Shown here: positions 8,185-17,900 of the stretch, piece after piece
Layout of the letters: the number at the start of each line of letters is the position of its first letter
Position numbering within the stretch: the first letter of the stretch is position 1
From: a virus
Lineage: Duplodnaviria > Caudoviricetes
DNA: 32,042 nucleotides
Strand: one strand, 5' to 3'
IMG/VR virus record: IMGVR_UViG_3300032081_000060
Span: 1 to 32,042 of that record
Notes under the pieces: model-generated
The model's database searches: none
What the model saw: only the letters and a program-made list of their open reading frames with translations
Told to the model about the DNA's origin: nothing
Translations under genes and position numbers: made by a program

Positions 8185-8411
8185 ACGCGCTCGTAATAAT
8201 CTAAGCCGCGAGTAGCTGCACCAGTGCCGCGAGTACGCATCTTCTTAACCTTAACCTTGAGCTGGCCTTTAGAAACCGCTCCACCGTCTTTCATGCCTTT
8301 AGCTGTTTTCATGGCAATAGCAACAGCTTGGTCTTGTGGCTTACCTTCTTTTCTTAACATGCTTATATTCCTGCTAATGGTTTTTTTTCCGCTACCCTTC
8401 TTCAGAGGCAT
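8181..8411 (-). CDS. Small basic protein (MPLKKG...QAVAIA...MKDGG...RGTGAATRG)
   Basis: 3' part of ORF 8181..8519; ATG at 8411 preceded by GAGGAG. Confidence 0.8.
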   Translation of the reverse strand: MPLKKGSGKKTISRNISMLRKEGKPQDQAVAIAMKTAKGMKDGGAVSKGQLKVKVKKMRTRGTGAATRGLDYYERV

Positions 8412-8718
8412 CGTCCTGCTCCTCAACAACCGATTTTTTCTTAAAAGAAACTTTTGTTTTTGCTTTGGGTTTAGGGCTTTCCTCGGCAGTCTCTGCAACA
8501 GCAGCCTTTGGCGCTTCAATTGAAACTGAAGCTTTTACTGGCGCAGATTCACCTCTTGCAATTCTTTCAACCTTGGCCTTAATTCTTGCCTCATTTGCGG
8601 CTTGCCTAAGCCCTTTCTCTTCTTCCATCTTTTCGACAACAGCTTTTTCGGCATCCCTCATAATTTTTTTGTAAGCCTTTAGCTCTTTTTGACGTTCTAA
8701 AATGTAACTCGTTGTCAT
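8392..8718 (-). CDS. Hypothetical charged protein
   Basis: 108 aa K/E/A-rich; start overlaps the portal stop (ATGA); GGAGG RBS. Confidence 0.7.
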   Translation of the reverse strand: MTTSYILERQKELKAYKKIMRDAEKAVVEKMEEEKGLRQAANEARIKAKVERIARGESAPVKASVSIEAPKAAVAETAEESPKPKAKTKVSFKKKSVVEEQDDASEEG

Positions 8719-11210
8719 CTGTAACCTCCGAATTTAGCCTGTAACTCAAGCAACTTTAACTCAGCTTGCTGCTCAAGTCTCTTCATGGCTATATCTAACT
8801 TGTCATCTGCTACGTCCTTCTGAACATCAATTCTTTGTTTCGATATTTCAGATTCAAGCAGCTTTTCTTGTTCTCGCTGAGCCTGTTTAGCATCAAATTG
8901 CTCTTGATCAGCAACTATCTCCTGTTCACGCAAATCAAGCTCTCTTTGCCTAATTTGGACTAGCGGGTCTTCTTCGTTGCCCTGACCAACTGACATTAAG
9001 AAATCTTGAGTCAATTGAGCCATGATCGGCGCTGAAAAACTTTCAGTAATCATTTGAATTTGACTTGCAACTTGTTGCTGTTGCTCTGGTGGAACCTGTT
9101 GCATTTGCTGTTCCATCTGCTGCATTTGCTGTTGAATCTCGGGAGGCATTTGCTCCTTTGCCATTTGGGTAGACATAAACTGCAAGTGCTGCATGCTATG
9201 AGCAATAATCAACGACTGCATTTGTGGGTTAGTTTTAACCACATCCGTAAGAAATAAAGACCTATGCGTGTCGATATGCGCTTGGTGGTTTTGTGGCTCA
9301 AAAGCCTGCTGTGGCTGACCTATCATCAAACCGCTGTTTTCGATACCAGCATCAACGGGTGCAGGAACCGGAGGTGGTGGTGGTGGCTGCAAAAGGCTGT
9401 CGATGTCATCTACGCCAAGAGCTGCGTACATTCTACGATAAGCCTCGTACATGCCTTGAGGCCCATGGATTTCTGGATTTGACTGCACAAGCTGCATCAG
9501 CTCTTGCGCCATCGTAATTCGTTGAGACTGGCTAAATATGTTGGGATCAGAAACCGGGATAACATCAACGCGGCCATCAAAGTCTGTTTGTTTTACTTGC
9601 TGATCGCCATTTGGCGTCTGGTACGGATACATCGGCGGCAAGTATTCAGCAAACACTTTGGCTAAAAGCTGAAACTCGATTCGCTGCGAATAATGCAATC
9701 GCTTGTGAATTGCGCTCATCACCTTGGTGCCGCGCTCTAACAAGGCAACCGTGGTACCAACCGGCATTGCTTGATTCATGTCGCCAACATTGGTGTCGGC
9801 AATTGAAGCAAATCTCTTGCCGGATTCAACCAACATTCCAAGTAATTGCATCAAGACATTTGAAGGCTCTTTGACAGGAAGCGGAATTAAATTTTCTCGC
9901 AACGACCCACCGGTTGTGTCAATATCTCGAAACTCTCCGGGCTGAAGCGGCTCATCCTCATCACGAATTCTCATCCCTCTTGCTTTAAAGCCGGAGGGTA
10001 AATTTGCGATGGTCCCGGCATCTATTAGTTGCCGCAGAATGGACGTTGAAGCCTTGGAGAGACCTCCGATCATGTGACTCAAACCAAGGCCATAAAACCC
10101 CAGTCCGGGCAAAAACTTGTACTGAACAAAGTAGTTAATTTTTTGTTTTAGCGGGTCTTGCTCAGCATAATTTCGACGGATTGCCAAAACCTGCTGACTT
10201 TGCTCGTCAATTGTGACGATATACGGGAGTTTTAATCCGGTTGGCTCTCCATCTGAGCCAACATCTTCATATCCGGGCAAATCCAAGATGGTATGAACCT
10301 CGTAAACCGTTCTATCCCGGTTTTCCGAATAATTCGGTGCCATACCCTCAATTTCATCAATTTCTTCTTCAATTTCGCTTCGGTTAGAAACGTAAGAGTC
10401 GCCTTTCAACTCAATATCCGCATAAAAACCGGTCAACTGCTGCTTGCGGATCTCGTTTTTGCTCATAGAGATCACATGAGTGACCCTTTCTGCCGACAAA
10501 ATGTCAGAAGATTCGTAAGGGACCACGAGATCTTCAGGAGCAATAAACTTCGAGACAGCCCTGCTAAGTGCTTGGTCGTAATAAACCTTCTTGAAAGCAG
10601 ATCCGGCGATAGGCAAGTAAAAAAGCAGCATATCTAGCTCTGGATCGTATTCTTTCATCACATTCATGATGTAAAAATTCATAAATCCAGAAACCCGCTG
10701 AGCCTGCATGTCTATTTCGGGGCTTCTTTTGCCGATAATTTCCGTTTTTACCGGTCCTTTGGCTGGGAGCAGCTCTTTGTATGCTTGAGCCTGAAATTGT
10801 GTAACCGACTCGGCTAAAATCGGGTGAATAACACCTGAAGATCCCTGAAATGGGGACGAACGCATTTCGTCAAACTTCATTCCCAAATATTTTAAACCGT
10901 CAACGTAGGTTTTTTCCCACTCGGATCGAGACTGCTTGTCTGATTCGATTGACTGCAAAACATCATCAGCAAGCTTTCCAATGTCGGACTTGTCGAGAAA
11001 ATCAACTAGGTTTGAATCGAAAGGTATTTGCGGCGTTTCTGGAACCGCGTCAATTTCTTCATCGATTAAAATTTCTTCTTCATCGACCAATATTTGAGCG
11101 GCATCTCTGATCATGTCTTCACGAGAAGGTTCTGGTGCGACTTCAACCTCTCGGGAAAGAGGAATTACGTCTGGGTCATCCTGAGTGCCTAAAAGTCTTT
11201 CAACTGCCAT
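8715..11210 (-). CDS. Portal protein
   Basis: 831 aa directly after terL; GSAFKKVYYD, GFYGLG, LIDAGT, PVGTT and a Gln-rich coiled-coil C-terminus as in P22-like portals. Confidence 0.9.
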   Translation of the reverse strand: MAVERLLGTQDDPDVIPLSREVEVAPEPSREDMIRDAAQILVDEEEILIDEEIDAVPETPQIPFDSNLVDFLDKSDIGKLADDVLQSIESDKQSRSEWEKTYVDGLKYLGMKFDEMRSSPFQGSSGVIHPILAESVTQFQAQAYKELLPAKGPVKTEIIGKRSPEIDMQAQRVSGFMNFYIMNVMKEYDPELDMLLFYLPIAGSAFKKVYYDQALSRAVSKFIAPEDLVVPYESSDILSAERVTHVISMSKNEIRKQQLTGFYADIELKGDSYVSNRSEIEEEIDEIEGMAPNYSENRDRTVYEVHTILDLPGYEDVGSDGEPTGLKLPYIVTIDEQSQQVLAIRRNYAEQDPLKQKINYFVQYKFLPGLGFYGLGLSHMIGGLSKASTSILRQLIDAGTIANLPSGFKARGMRIRDEDEPLQPGEFRDIDTTGGSLRENLIPLPVKEPSNVLMQLLGMLVESGKRFASIADTNVGDMNQAMPVGTTVALLERGTKVMSAIHKRLHYSQRIEFQLLAKVFAEYLPPMYPYQTPNGDQQVKQTDFDGRVDVIPVSDPNIFSQSQRITMAQELMQLVQSNPEIHGPQGMYEAYRRMYAALGVDDIDSLLQPPPPPPVPAPVDAGIENSGLMIGQPQQAFEPQNHQAHIDTHRSLFLTDVVKTNPQMQSLIIAHSMQHLQFMSTQMAKEQMPPEIQQQMQQMEQQMQQVPPEQQQQVASQIQMITESFSAPIMAQLTQDFLMSVGQGNEEDPLVQIRQRELDLREQEIVADQEQFDAKQAQREQEKLLESEISKQRIDVQKDVADDKLDIAMKRLEQQAELKLLELQAKFGGYR

Positions 11211-12694
11211 TAGTAATACACCTTTCTGTCACGAGGCAGAAATCTAGCCTCGTCTTGATAATCATCTTCGAGCGTAACAAAACCGCCCTGCCTGAACCTC
11301 ATTAGCGCCATTGTAGCAGAGTCGCAAAAGTCATCATGGTCGCCGTATGGGAAAGAAGCCATTTCCTCGATGACTTCCTCAGCAAACGTATCTTCTGACG
11401 CCCAAACCATCGCCGATTCAAATAACGGCGCGACACTGTTCATTCTTGCAATCTTATCCTGCCCCCGAGATGGTGTATAGGCCGTCACGGGGATGCCCAT
11501 TCTTCGCAATTCTTGGGTTAGGGGGGTGCCGGATGCCTTGGCCTCAATTAACACGCAATCAGGATCCCAATACTTGTACTCATCCATCGCAATCTTTTTA
11601 AGCTCCGGGAAATCGACACGGAACCGCTTAGCGTCTAATAATATTATGCACTCAGGACCATCGATTTCTGGTGTGAAAACTGCCCAAGTTGTAATGGCTG
11701 AATAGTCAGCGGTCTCTTTCTTCGAGAACGCCGTATCGTAGGACTGAATTACATAAGAATAGGCTGGCACATAATCCTTCTCCCAGATCTCCCACCACTC
11801 ACGTTTAACGATTGAGCCTTCTTCAGCGGTTGGATTCTGCATCCACTGGGAATTCCACTTGCCAATTGGCAAAGAAGCTTTAACGCTCAATAACTCTTCT
11901 TTCTTCCAGTATTCCGGCCACAAAGGTAATTCTGATTCTGGCATGATCGCTGGGAACTCGATCATCTCCCACTGATCAGCATGATCGTCACCTTGCTTTT
12001 TAATAACCTTGCCAACCAAGTCTTTAGTTGACCATCGCGTCATAACGATTACGATGATGCCTCCCGGCTGTAAACGCTGACGAGGACCAGAGGTATACCA
12101 CTCGTAAACCGAATCCATTGCGGTTGGAGAAAGGGCGTCTTGCTCAGAAACAGGGTCATCGATAATTAACAGGTCAGCACCGCGACCAGTAATCGCGCCA
12201 CCAACGCCCGAATAAAAAGATTCGCCACCCTCATTGGTGGTCCACCTACCGGCTGATTTGTTATCTGATTGAAGCTTCAGCTTCGGGAAGACTTCTTGAT
12301 AATCTTCTGAGTCAATGATGTTCCTGACTCTTCGACCGAACCGGACCGCAAGCTCGGCGGTGTGTGTGGTCTGAATAATTTTTAAGTCACCGCGCCGACC
12401 CATCATCCATGCAGGAAAATAGGTGCTCGCAAATTCTGATTTAGTATGACGAGGTGGCAAACAAACGATCAACCGTTTTAGCTTGCCTTGAGCAATACGG
12501 TTAAACTTTTCACCTATTATTTTATGGTGCCTTCCTTCAACAAAATCAGGCCACATGTGCTTAACGAATTTTATAAAATCGTTTTGGCAGTCATCTTGCT
12601 TTTCAAGTTGATCGTATTTTTTCAAAAGCGCTATGGCTTCTGTTTTTTCGGCGTCCGATAAAATGTCAAAGTCTTTTAGCGCAAGCTCAGACAT
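11210..12694 (-). CDS. terL: Terminase large subunit
   Basis: Walker A-like PPRHTKS, Walker B LLIIDDP, coupling motif MTRW, nuclease QSYDTA and HDDFCDS. Confidence 0.95.
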   Translation of the reverse strand: MSELALKDFDILSDAEKTEAIALLKKYDQLEKQDDCQNDFIKFVKHMWPDFVEGRHHKIIGEKFNRIAQGKLKRLIVCLPPRHTKSEFASTYFPAWMMGRRGDLKIIQTTHTAELAVRFGRRVRNIIDSEDYQEVFPKLKLQSDNKSAGRWTTNEGGESFYSGVGGAITGRGADLLIIDDPVSEQDALSPTAMDSVYEWYTSGPRQRLQPGGIIVIVMTRWSTKDLVGKVIKKQGDDHADQWEMIEFPAIMPESELPLWPEYWKKEELLSVKASLPIGKWNSQWMQNPTAEEGSIVKREWWEIWEKDYVPAYSYVIQSYDTAFSKKETADYSAITTWAVFTPEIDGPECIILLDAKRFRVDFPELKKIAMDEYKYWDPDCVLIEAKASGTPLTQELRRMGIPVTAYTPSRGQDKIARMNSVAPLFESAMVWASEDTFAEEVIEEMASFPYGDHDDFCDSATMALMRFRQGGFVTLEDDYQDEARFLPRDRKVYY

Positions 12695-13130
12695 GGCTCC
12701 AATCTTCGTTTGTGAATAAAAGTGATTCCGCCTCCCTTCTGCGGATCAAACCATCCAAAACTTTTCCACCAGCTTTGTTCCATCTCTGCATTTCTGAAGG
12801 AACTTGATCAAACTGGCTATCGTTCAAGCGTTTTAGCATGGTCGAGGAACGAAGATTACTCGGACCGAGGTTGTATGTCCATGCGACCAGTGCATCAAAT
12901 TCGTGTTGCTCAAGCGGCACTTTTACCGCTTCTTGAACATATCCTTCAAACTCTTCCAAATCTTCTTCAAGCATTCGGTCAGCATCTTCTTGAGTGCAAG
13001 CATCGCCTTCTTTAATACCTTGAGTGTGGCCATAACCAATCGTCCATACGTTTGCAGAACACTGATAAGCCTGAAGCTCACAGCCTTCAAATTTTTTAAT
13101 TAATGATCGCCCTTCTTCGCTAGTCTTCAT
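12687..13130 (-). CDS. Endolysin, GH24 phage lysozyme
   Basis: IKKFEGC...AYQCSANVWTIGYGHT, FDALV, YNLG, RWNKAGGKVLDGLIRRREAE. Confidence 0.95.
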   Translation of the reverse strand: MKTSEEGRSLIKKFEGCELQAYQCSANVWTIGYGHTQGIKEGDACTQEDADRMLEEDLEEFEGYVQEAVKVPLEQHEFDALVAWTYNLGPSNLRSSTMLKRLNDSQFDQVPSEMQRWNKAGGKVLDGLIRRREAESLLFTNEDWSHV

Positions 13131-13603
13131 TAGTCATGCTTATGTGATGCGCCGTAGTAGAAACTTATAATAGATGAGACGATACCGCCCAGATAACCGA
13201 GCACAAGATTAACAATCCCGTCATCATTCATGGCAGGATCTTGTAGTGTGACTAGGGCAATGTATCCGCCAAAAAATAATACACACGCAACCGCAATAAA
13301 TTTAGGCGTCCAGTCTCCTTTAAAAGCAAGCCTAGCGTTTTGTATATCCTCCGCCTCGAGTGCGAATACATCCACGTCTAACTTCTTCATCTGAACTTGG
13401 AAGTCGAGTTCAGCTTTTTTAATCTCTGCCAACTGCTCTGGGGTAGCCGCTTGTACTGCATTGGCAATACTTTTTTCATCGGGCTTGCATCCTAGTACGC
13501 TGGCGATTGTCTGTGCCGCAGCACCACCCAAAGGCCCACCAAGGGCTTGACCAAGGGTAGGCGCTACCGCACCGATTAATCCTTTGATTGCGTCAAATTT
13601 CAT
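13130..13603 (-). CDS. Holin-like membrane protein
   Basis: Gly/Ala-rich N-terminus plus two C-terminal transmembrane segments ending FYYGAS; adjacent to the lysozyme. Confidence 0.65.
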   Translation of the reverse strand: MKFDAIKGLIGAVAPTLGQALGGPLGGAAAQTIASVLGCKPDEKSIANAVQAATPEQLAEIKKAELDFQVQMKKLDVDVFALEAEDIQNARLAFKGDWTPKFIAVACVLFFGGYIALVTLQDPAMNDDGIVNLVLGYLGGIVSSIISFYYGASHKHD

Positions 13604-13800
13604 TGTGTTATTACCAACCCAACAATAGCTATTAACGAAGTAATCATAACGGGGTAGATACCCCAGATCATACGCTCTAATTTATCAAAGCGTTGTGACC
13701 CGGAGTCTAACCGTTCCTTAATAGACTCATACCGCAAAGCGCATTCAGCCTCATGAATCTCAATCTTCTTTAACGCTTTACTAGCATGAGTCTCAGCCAT
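13600..13800 (-). CDS. Small coiled-coil protein with C-terminal transmembrane helix (lysis module)
   Basis: HEAECALRY...RFDKLE followed by a hydrophobic tail. Confidence 0.75.
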   Translation of the reverse strand: MAETHASKALKKIEIHEAECALRYESIKERLDSGSQRFDKLERMIWGIYPVMITSLIAIVGLVITQ

Positions 13801-14060
13801 TAGTTCACCACTTCTGCTTCAGGTTCTTCAACCGCTTGAATTGAATCGCGCAGGGCGTTTTCACGAAAGCCTAATGCAACCTGTAAGTTAATGCTTTGCT
13901 GTTGAGCTGCTGCAATCTGATTCTGCAAATCACCAAGCTGCTTACGCAAATTAACCACTTCGACGTAGTGAACCTTGGAATCATTACCTAACTCGTTAAC
14001 GTCATACTCCTGATCGTCAATGGTCAGGATTACTGGTTGCTGTTCTTGTTGTTCGCTCAT
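13800..14060 (-). CDS. Hypothetical acidic coiled-coil protein
   Basis: 86 aa, strong AGGAGGAG RBS, LTIDDQEY motif. Confidence 0.75.
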   Translation of the reverse strand: MSEQQEQQPVILTIDDQEYDVNELGNDSKVHYVEVVNLRKQLGDLQNQIAAAQQQSINLQVALGFRENALRDSIQAVEEPEAEVVN

Positions 14061-14087
14061 AACTCCTCCTAGTTTTTAAATTAAGCG

Positions 14088-14495
14088 TTACTTTATTGTG
14101 CCACTTTTTTCAAGCTCGTTCACCTTCGACTCAAGATAACCTAACCTAATCTCTTGAGCATGGTTAGTACGGATCGCCTCCTGAACTTCTTGTGGTGGTG
14201 CCCAGTTGTTACGGAAGCTAGTGTTTAGATCAACCACCTTCTGCAACGCATCGATCTGACTGTTCTGAAGCAAATCATCGGGCAACGCACCCAACTCCCC
14301 ACGCGGCCATTTGATGCGAAACTCGCTGTTCATCTGTATATCGACTTCAAGAATGGTTAGCTGTCGCTCTAACACCGATATACGGTTAGTCACTTCTGTA
14401 TAACCAATTACCGCGATGGCAACCCCTGCGATGATGGCGATCAAGTTGCGTAACGGTATTTCGATCTTGGTTTCGTCCGATATTTGAGCGGCCAC
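14088..14495 (-). CDS. Membrane-anchored coiled-coil protein
   Basis: 135 aa, N-terminal transmembrane segment LIAIIAGVAIAVIGY, GTG start overlapping the upstream stop. Confidence 0.7.
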   Translation of the reverse strand: MAAQISDETKIEIPLRNLIAIIAGVAIAVIGYTEVTNRISVLERQLTILEVDIQMNSEFRIKWPRGELGALPDDLLQNSQIDALQKVVDLNTSFRNNWAPPQEVQEAIRTNHAQEIRLGYLESKVNELEKSGTIK

Positions 14496-14647
14496 TATTT
14501 TTTCCTGTCATTCCACAGCTCAAACAGTGTTCGGATCTTCTCCTTAATCTGCTCGATATCAGCGTGCATCTTAGCGAGCACGATAACCAAAGTTACGAAT
14601 CCCAAGGCGATAGGCCATATAGCCCCAATAGCGTCTAGCACATCCAT
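14495..14647 (-). CDS. 50-aa membrane protein (below the ORF-track cutoff)
   Basis: Hand translation MDVLDAIGAIWPIALGFVTLVIVLAKMHADIEQIKEKIRTLFELWNDRKK; fills the gap and its stop overlaps the next start. Confidence 0.75.
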   Translation of the reverse strand: MDVLDAIGAIWPIALGFVTLVIVLAKMHADIEQIKEKIRTLFELWNDRKK

Positions 14648-14669
14648 AACTTTGGTTGCTCACTACCGT

Positions 14670-14915
14670 CTAAGAAGCGGTGTAGCCATTACCTGCGCTG
14701 ATAGCTGCATTGACTGCGGTCATGTCTTCATCGCCCCAGTCATCTTTAGCAACCATAAGCTCAAGGTGCTCAGTGTTGCGGTCAACACAGTCTTGACGGT
14801 CTGCGGCATCATCATCAGCCATTTGTTCGCCAGCGATAATCGCGTTGATTAGGTCTACACTGTGGCCCATAGCCGTGTAGTCCTGTGCTAGTTGTTCGGT
14901 AGTACGGTCTTCCAT
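14670..14915 (-). CDS. Small acidic protein after the tail fibre
   Basis: 81 aa, AGGAG RBS. Confidence 0.7.
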   Translation of the reverse strand: MEDRTTEQLAQDYTAMGHSVDLINAIIAGEQMADDDAADRQDCVDRNTEHLELMVAKDDWGDEDMTAVNAAISAGNGYTAS

Positions 14916-14928
14916 TGTTTATCTCCTG

Positions 14929-17900
14929 TCAGGATTCTAGTGCCTCAATACGGGCGGTTAGTGCTGCGTTTTGTGCAGATAGTTCTTGGATGGCTTTGAC
15001 AAGAACGGGAATCAAGGCAGCTTCCGCTACTTCTTGTGAACCATCATCTCTTTCGTCCCAAAGTTTAAAGCCGTCTTTAATACTGTCATCTGCATCTATA
15101 GCTGCTTTAACTTCTTGGGCTATAAAGCCGTGTTGAGTTTGCGAGCTTTTAAAGGCTTCGGTTGAGCCTTCTTCGTAAGCCCTAAAAGATTCAGGCAATT
15201 CGCCTTTGTTTTTGTAGTTAAAGGTTCTGGGACGCAATGCGTTAATTAATGACAAGCCAGCTTCAGAATCTACAATGTCTTTCTTGTAACGTTCATCAGA
15301 TACAGTTGCCCATGTTACATTACCGTGTGCAGCTCTGATGTCGTCAGTGCCTGAGCCAAGAGTTGTATATCCTGCCGCTCCTGCAACATTATATCCTAAG
15401 ACCATTGCTCCATCTGCATCAGCCGCAGTAGCTCTTGAGTATGCACCTACTATTACGTTTCTTAAGCCTGTAGTATTTAGGACGTTATAATTAGCCGCGG
15501 CAAAACCCAGAAACGTGTTGCTGTGACCTGTAGTAGTGTCGCCACCTGCATGTTGCCCCACCATTGTGTTGCTGTGGCCTGTAGTGTTATCTTCACCAGC
15601 AAGACCACCAATGAGGGTGTTGTTAACGCCTGTGGTTACTCGTTTTCCTGCTTGGTCTCCTACTGCTGTATTGTAAGCATTTGTAGCTGACGTAAAGTTT
15701 TGAGTGCTAAGAGCCTCATTACCTATTGCAACAGAGGCACTTCCTTGTGTGTCCGTTGTTAGCGCTGCATAACCTAACGCTACGTTGTGGGTTCCTGTAG
15801 TAAGTGCATCCGCTGCTAGACCACCAATGATGGTATTTTGAACGCCTGTGGTTATATCATTACCTGCGGAGTACCCAACTGCTACATTGTACGTATCAGT
15901 GGCTGAGGTGAAGTTCTGCGCGGATAAGGTGGCAGTACCAATTGCTACACTTCTGCTTCCTAAAGTATCTGAAGCTAAAGCACTAACTCCTACAGCGACA
16001 TTGTAATCAGCATCAGTTAAAGCATCTCCCGCAACCCCACCTATGAGCGTATTTTGAATGCCGGTAGTGACTGATAACCCAGCACTAGTACCTACGGCAG
16101 TGTTATAACTTCCCGTAGTATGCTCAAACAAAGCGCGATACCCGATTCCAACACTACTTGTCCCAGTGGTATTATCGTAAAGCGCCTGATAACCTATTGC
16201 TATGTTGTTACTAGCGGTAGTGTTTGCCCTTAGAGCGTTTTGACCTAATGCGGTATTGCCAGCACCTGTTGTGTTTGAGCCTAAAGCACTTAAACCAACG
16301 GCTGTATTGTTAGCTGCTGTTGTGTTGGCGGCTAAGGAACTATCGCCTAAAGCTGTGTTGTATGAGCCTGTAGTATTAGATGCTAAAGCGCCTTGCCCGA
16401 AGGCAACATTCTGTGCGCCTGTGGTAATAGCGCCGCCTGCATTTACGCCTACTAAACTATTGTAAGAGCCAGTAGTAATCGCATCACCAGCAAGACCACC
16501 GATGAGGGTGTTTTGAACGCCTGTGGTTACATACCTACCTGCTTGCGATCCTACTGCTGTGTTGTAGGCATTAGCCGAACTGCTTTGATTTTGATTTTGC
16601 AATGCCCCCCAACCGACTGCAACGGACTGCTCGCCTTTTGTCTCAGTGCTAAGAGCTAAGTAACCGACTGCTACGTTTGCGGAGGCGGTGTTAACGGCAT
16701 CACCTGCAAGACCACCGATGATTGTATTTTGAACGCCTGTGGTTACTGCTTCACCAGCAGCATGTCCCACTGCAACATTGTAGGTTTCAACGGCGCTAGT
16801 GTTGGCCTGAAAGCGCAACGCAGAAAAACCAACGGCAACGCTTCTACTGCCTAAAGTGTCCGTGGTTAAAGCTTGGTATCCGACTGCAACATTGGCATCA
16901 GCATCAGTAAGCGCATCCCCTGCAAGACCACCGATGAGCGTATTTTGAACGCCGGTGGTGACTGCGGCTCCTGCGGCGTGACCAACTGCCACATTGTAAG
17001 TATCAGTCGCCGAAGTAAAGTTTTGAACATTAAGAGCAGAATCACCTATTGCAACGCTCTTGCTTCCCAAAGTATCGCTAGTTAAGGCTGCTCTCCCAAT
17101 AGCTACGTTATTGTCAGCATCTGTAAGAGCATCACCAGCTAGACCGCCTATGAGCGTATTGTGAATGCCTGTGGTGACTGATGTGCCTGCTTGTGAGCCA
17201 ACAGCCGTATTGTAAGCATCAGTAGCTGACGTGAAGTTTTGACTACGTAGAGCAAAATCACCAAGAGCTACGCTATGGCTTCCTTGTGTATCAGAACTTA
17301 ACGAACCATTACCTACAGCTACATTCTGATTGCCCACAGTAAGAGCATCACCTGAAACTGACCCTATGAGAGTATTTTTAATGCCCGTGGTTACTGATAG
17401 CCCTGCATGATAACCCACGGCAGTATGGTTAGTACCTGTGGTGTTTGCGGTTAAAGCACCTGTACCAACTGCTGTATTATTACTTGCAGTATTTGCAAAT
17501 AAAGCACCTTTTCCAAGTGCTGTATTATCAGCACCTGTAATGTTTGATGACAAAGCTGCATAACCTAAAGCAGTATTTTGAGATGCTGTAGTGTTAGCAT
17601 CAAGGGCTAAAGAACCTACTGCTACATTATATTGACCTGTGGTGTTTACATTTAAAGCTGACCTACCAACTGCTGTGTTGTAAGATGCTGTGGTGTTAAA
17701 TGCTAAAGCCCTATTACCTATCGCCACATTATTAGAACCTGTAGTATTATCAAATAGTGCATGATAGCCTACAGCATCATTATCTACACCTGTGGTGTTG
17801 TTACCTAAAGCTCCACCACCAAAAGCGTTATTTTCGTCCCCTGTTGTGTTGTCTGCTAAAGCTTGATAACCAACTGCTGTGTTGTTAGATGCAGTTGTAT

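Noticed and set aside
15596-17400. Fibre repeats as template/variable repeats of a diversity-generating retroelement
   Set aside because: No reverse transcriptase in the window, and the differences are not adenine-specific.
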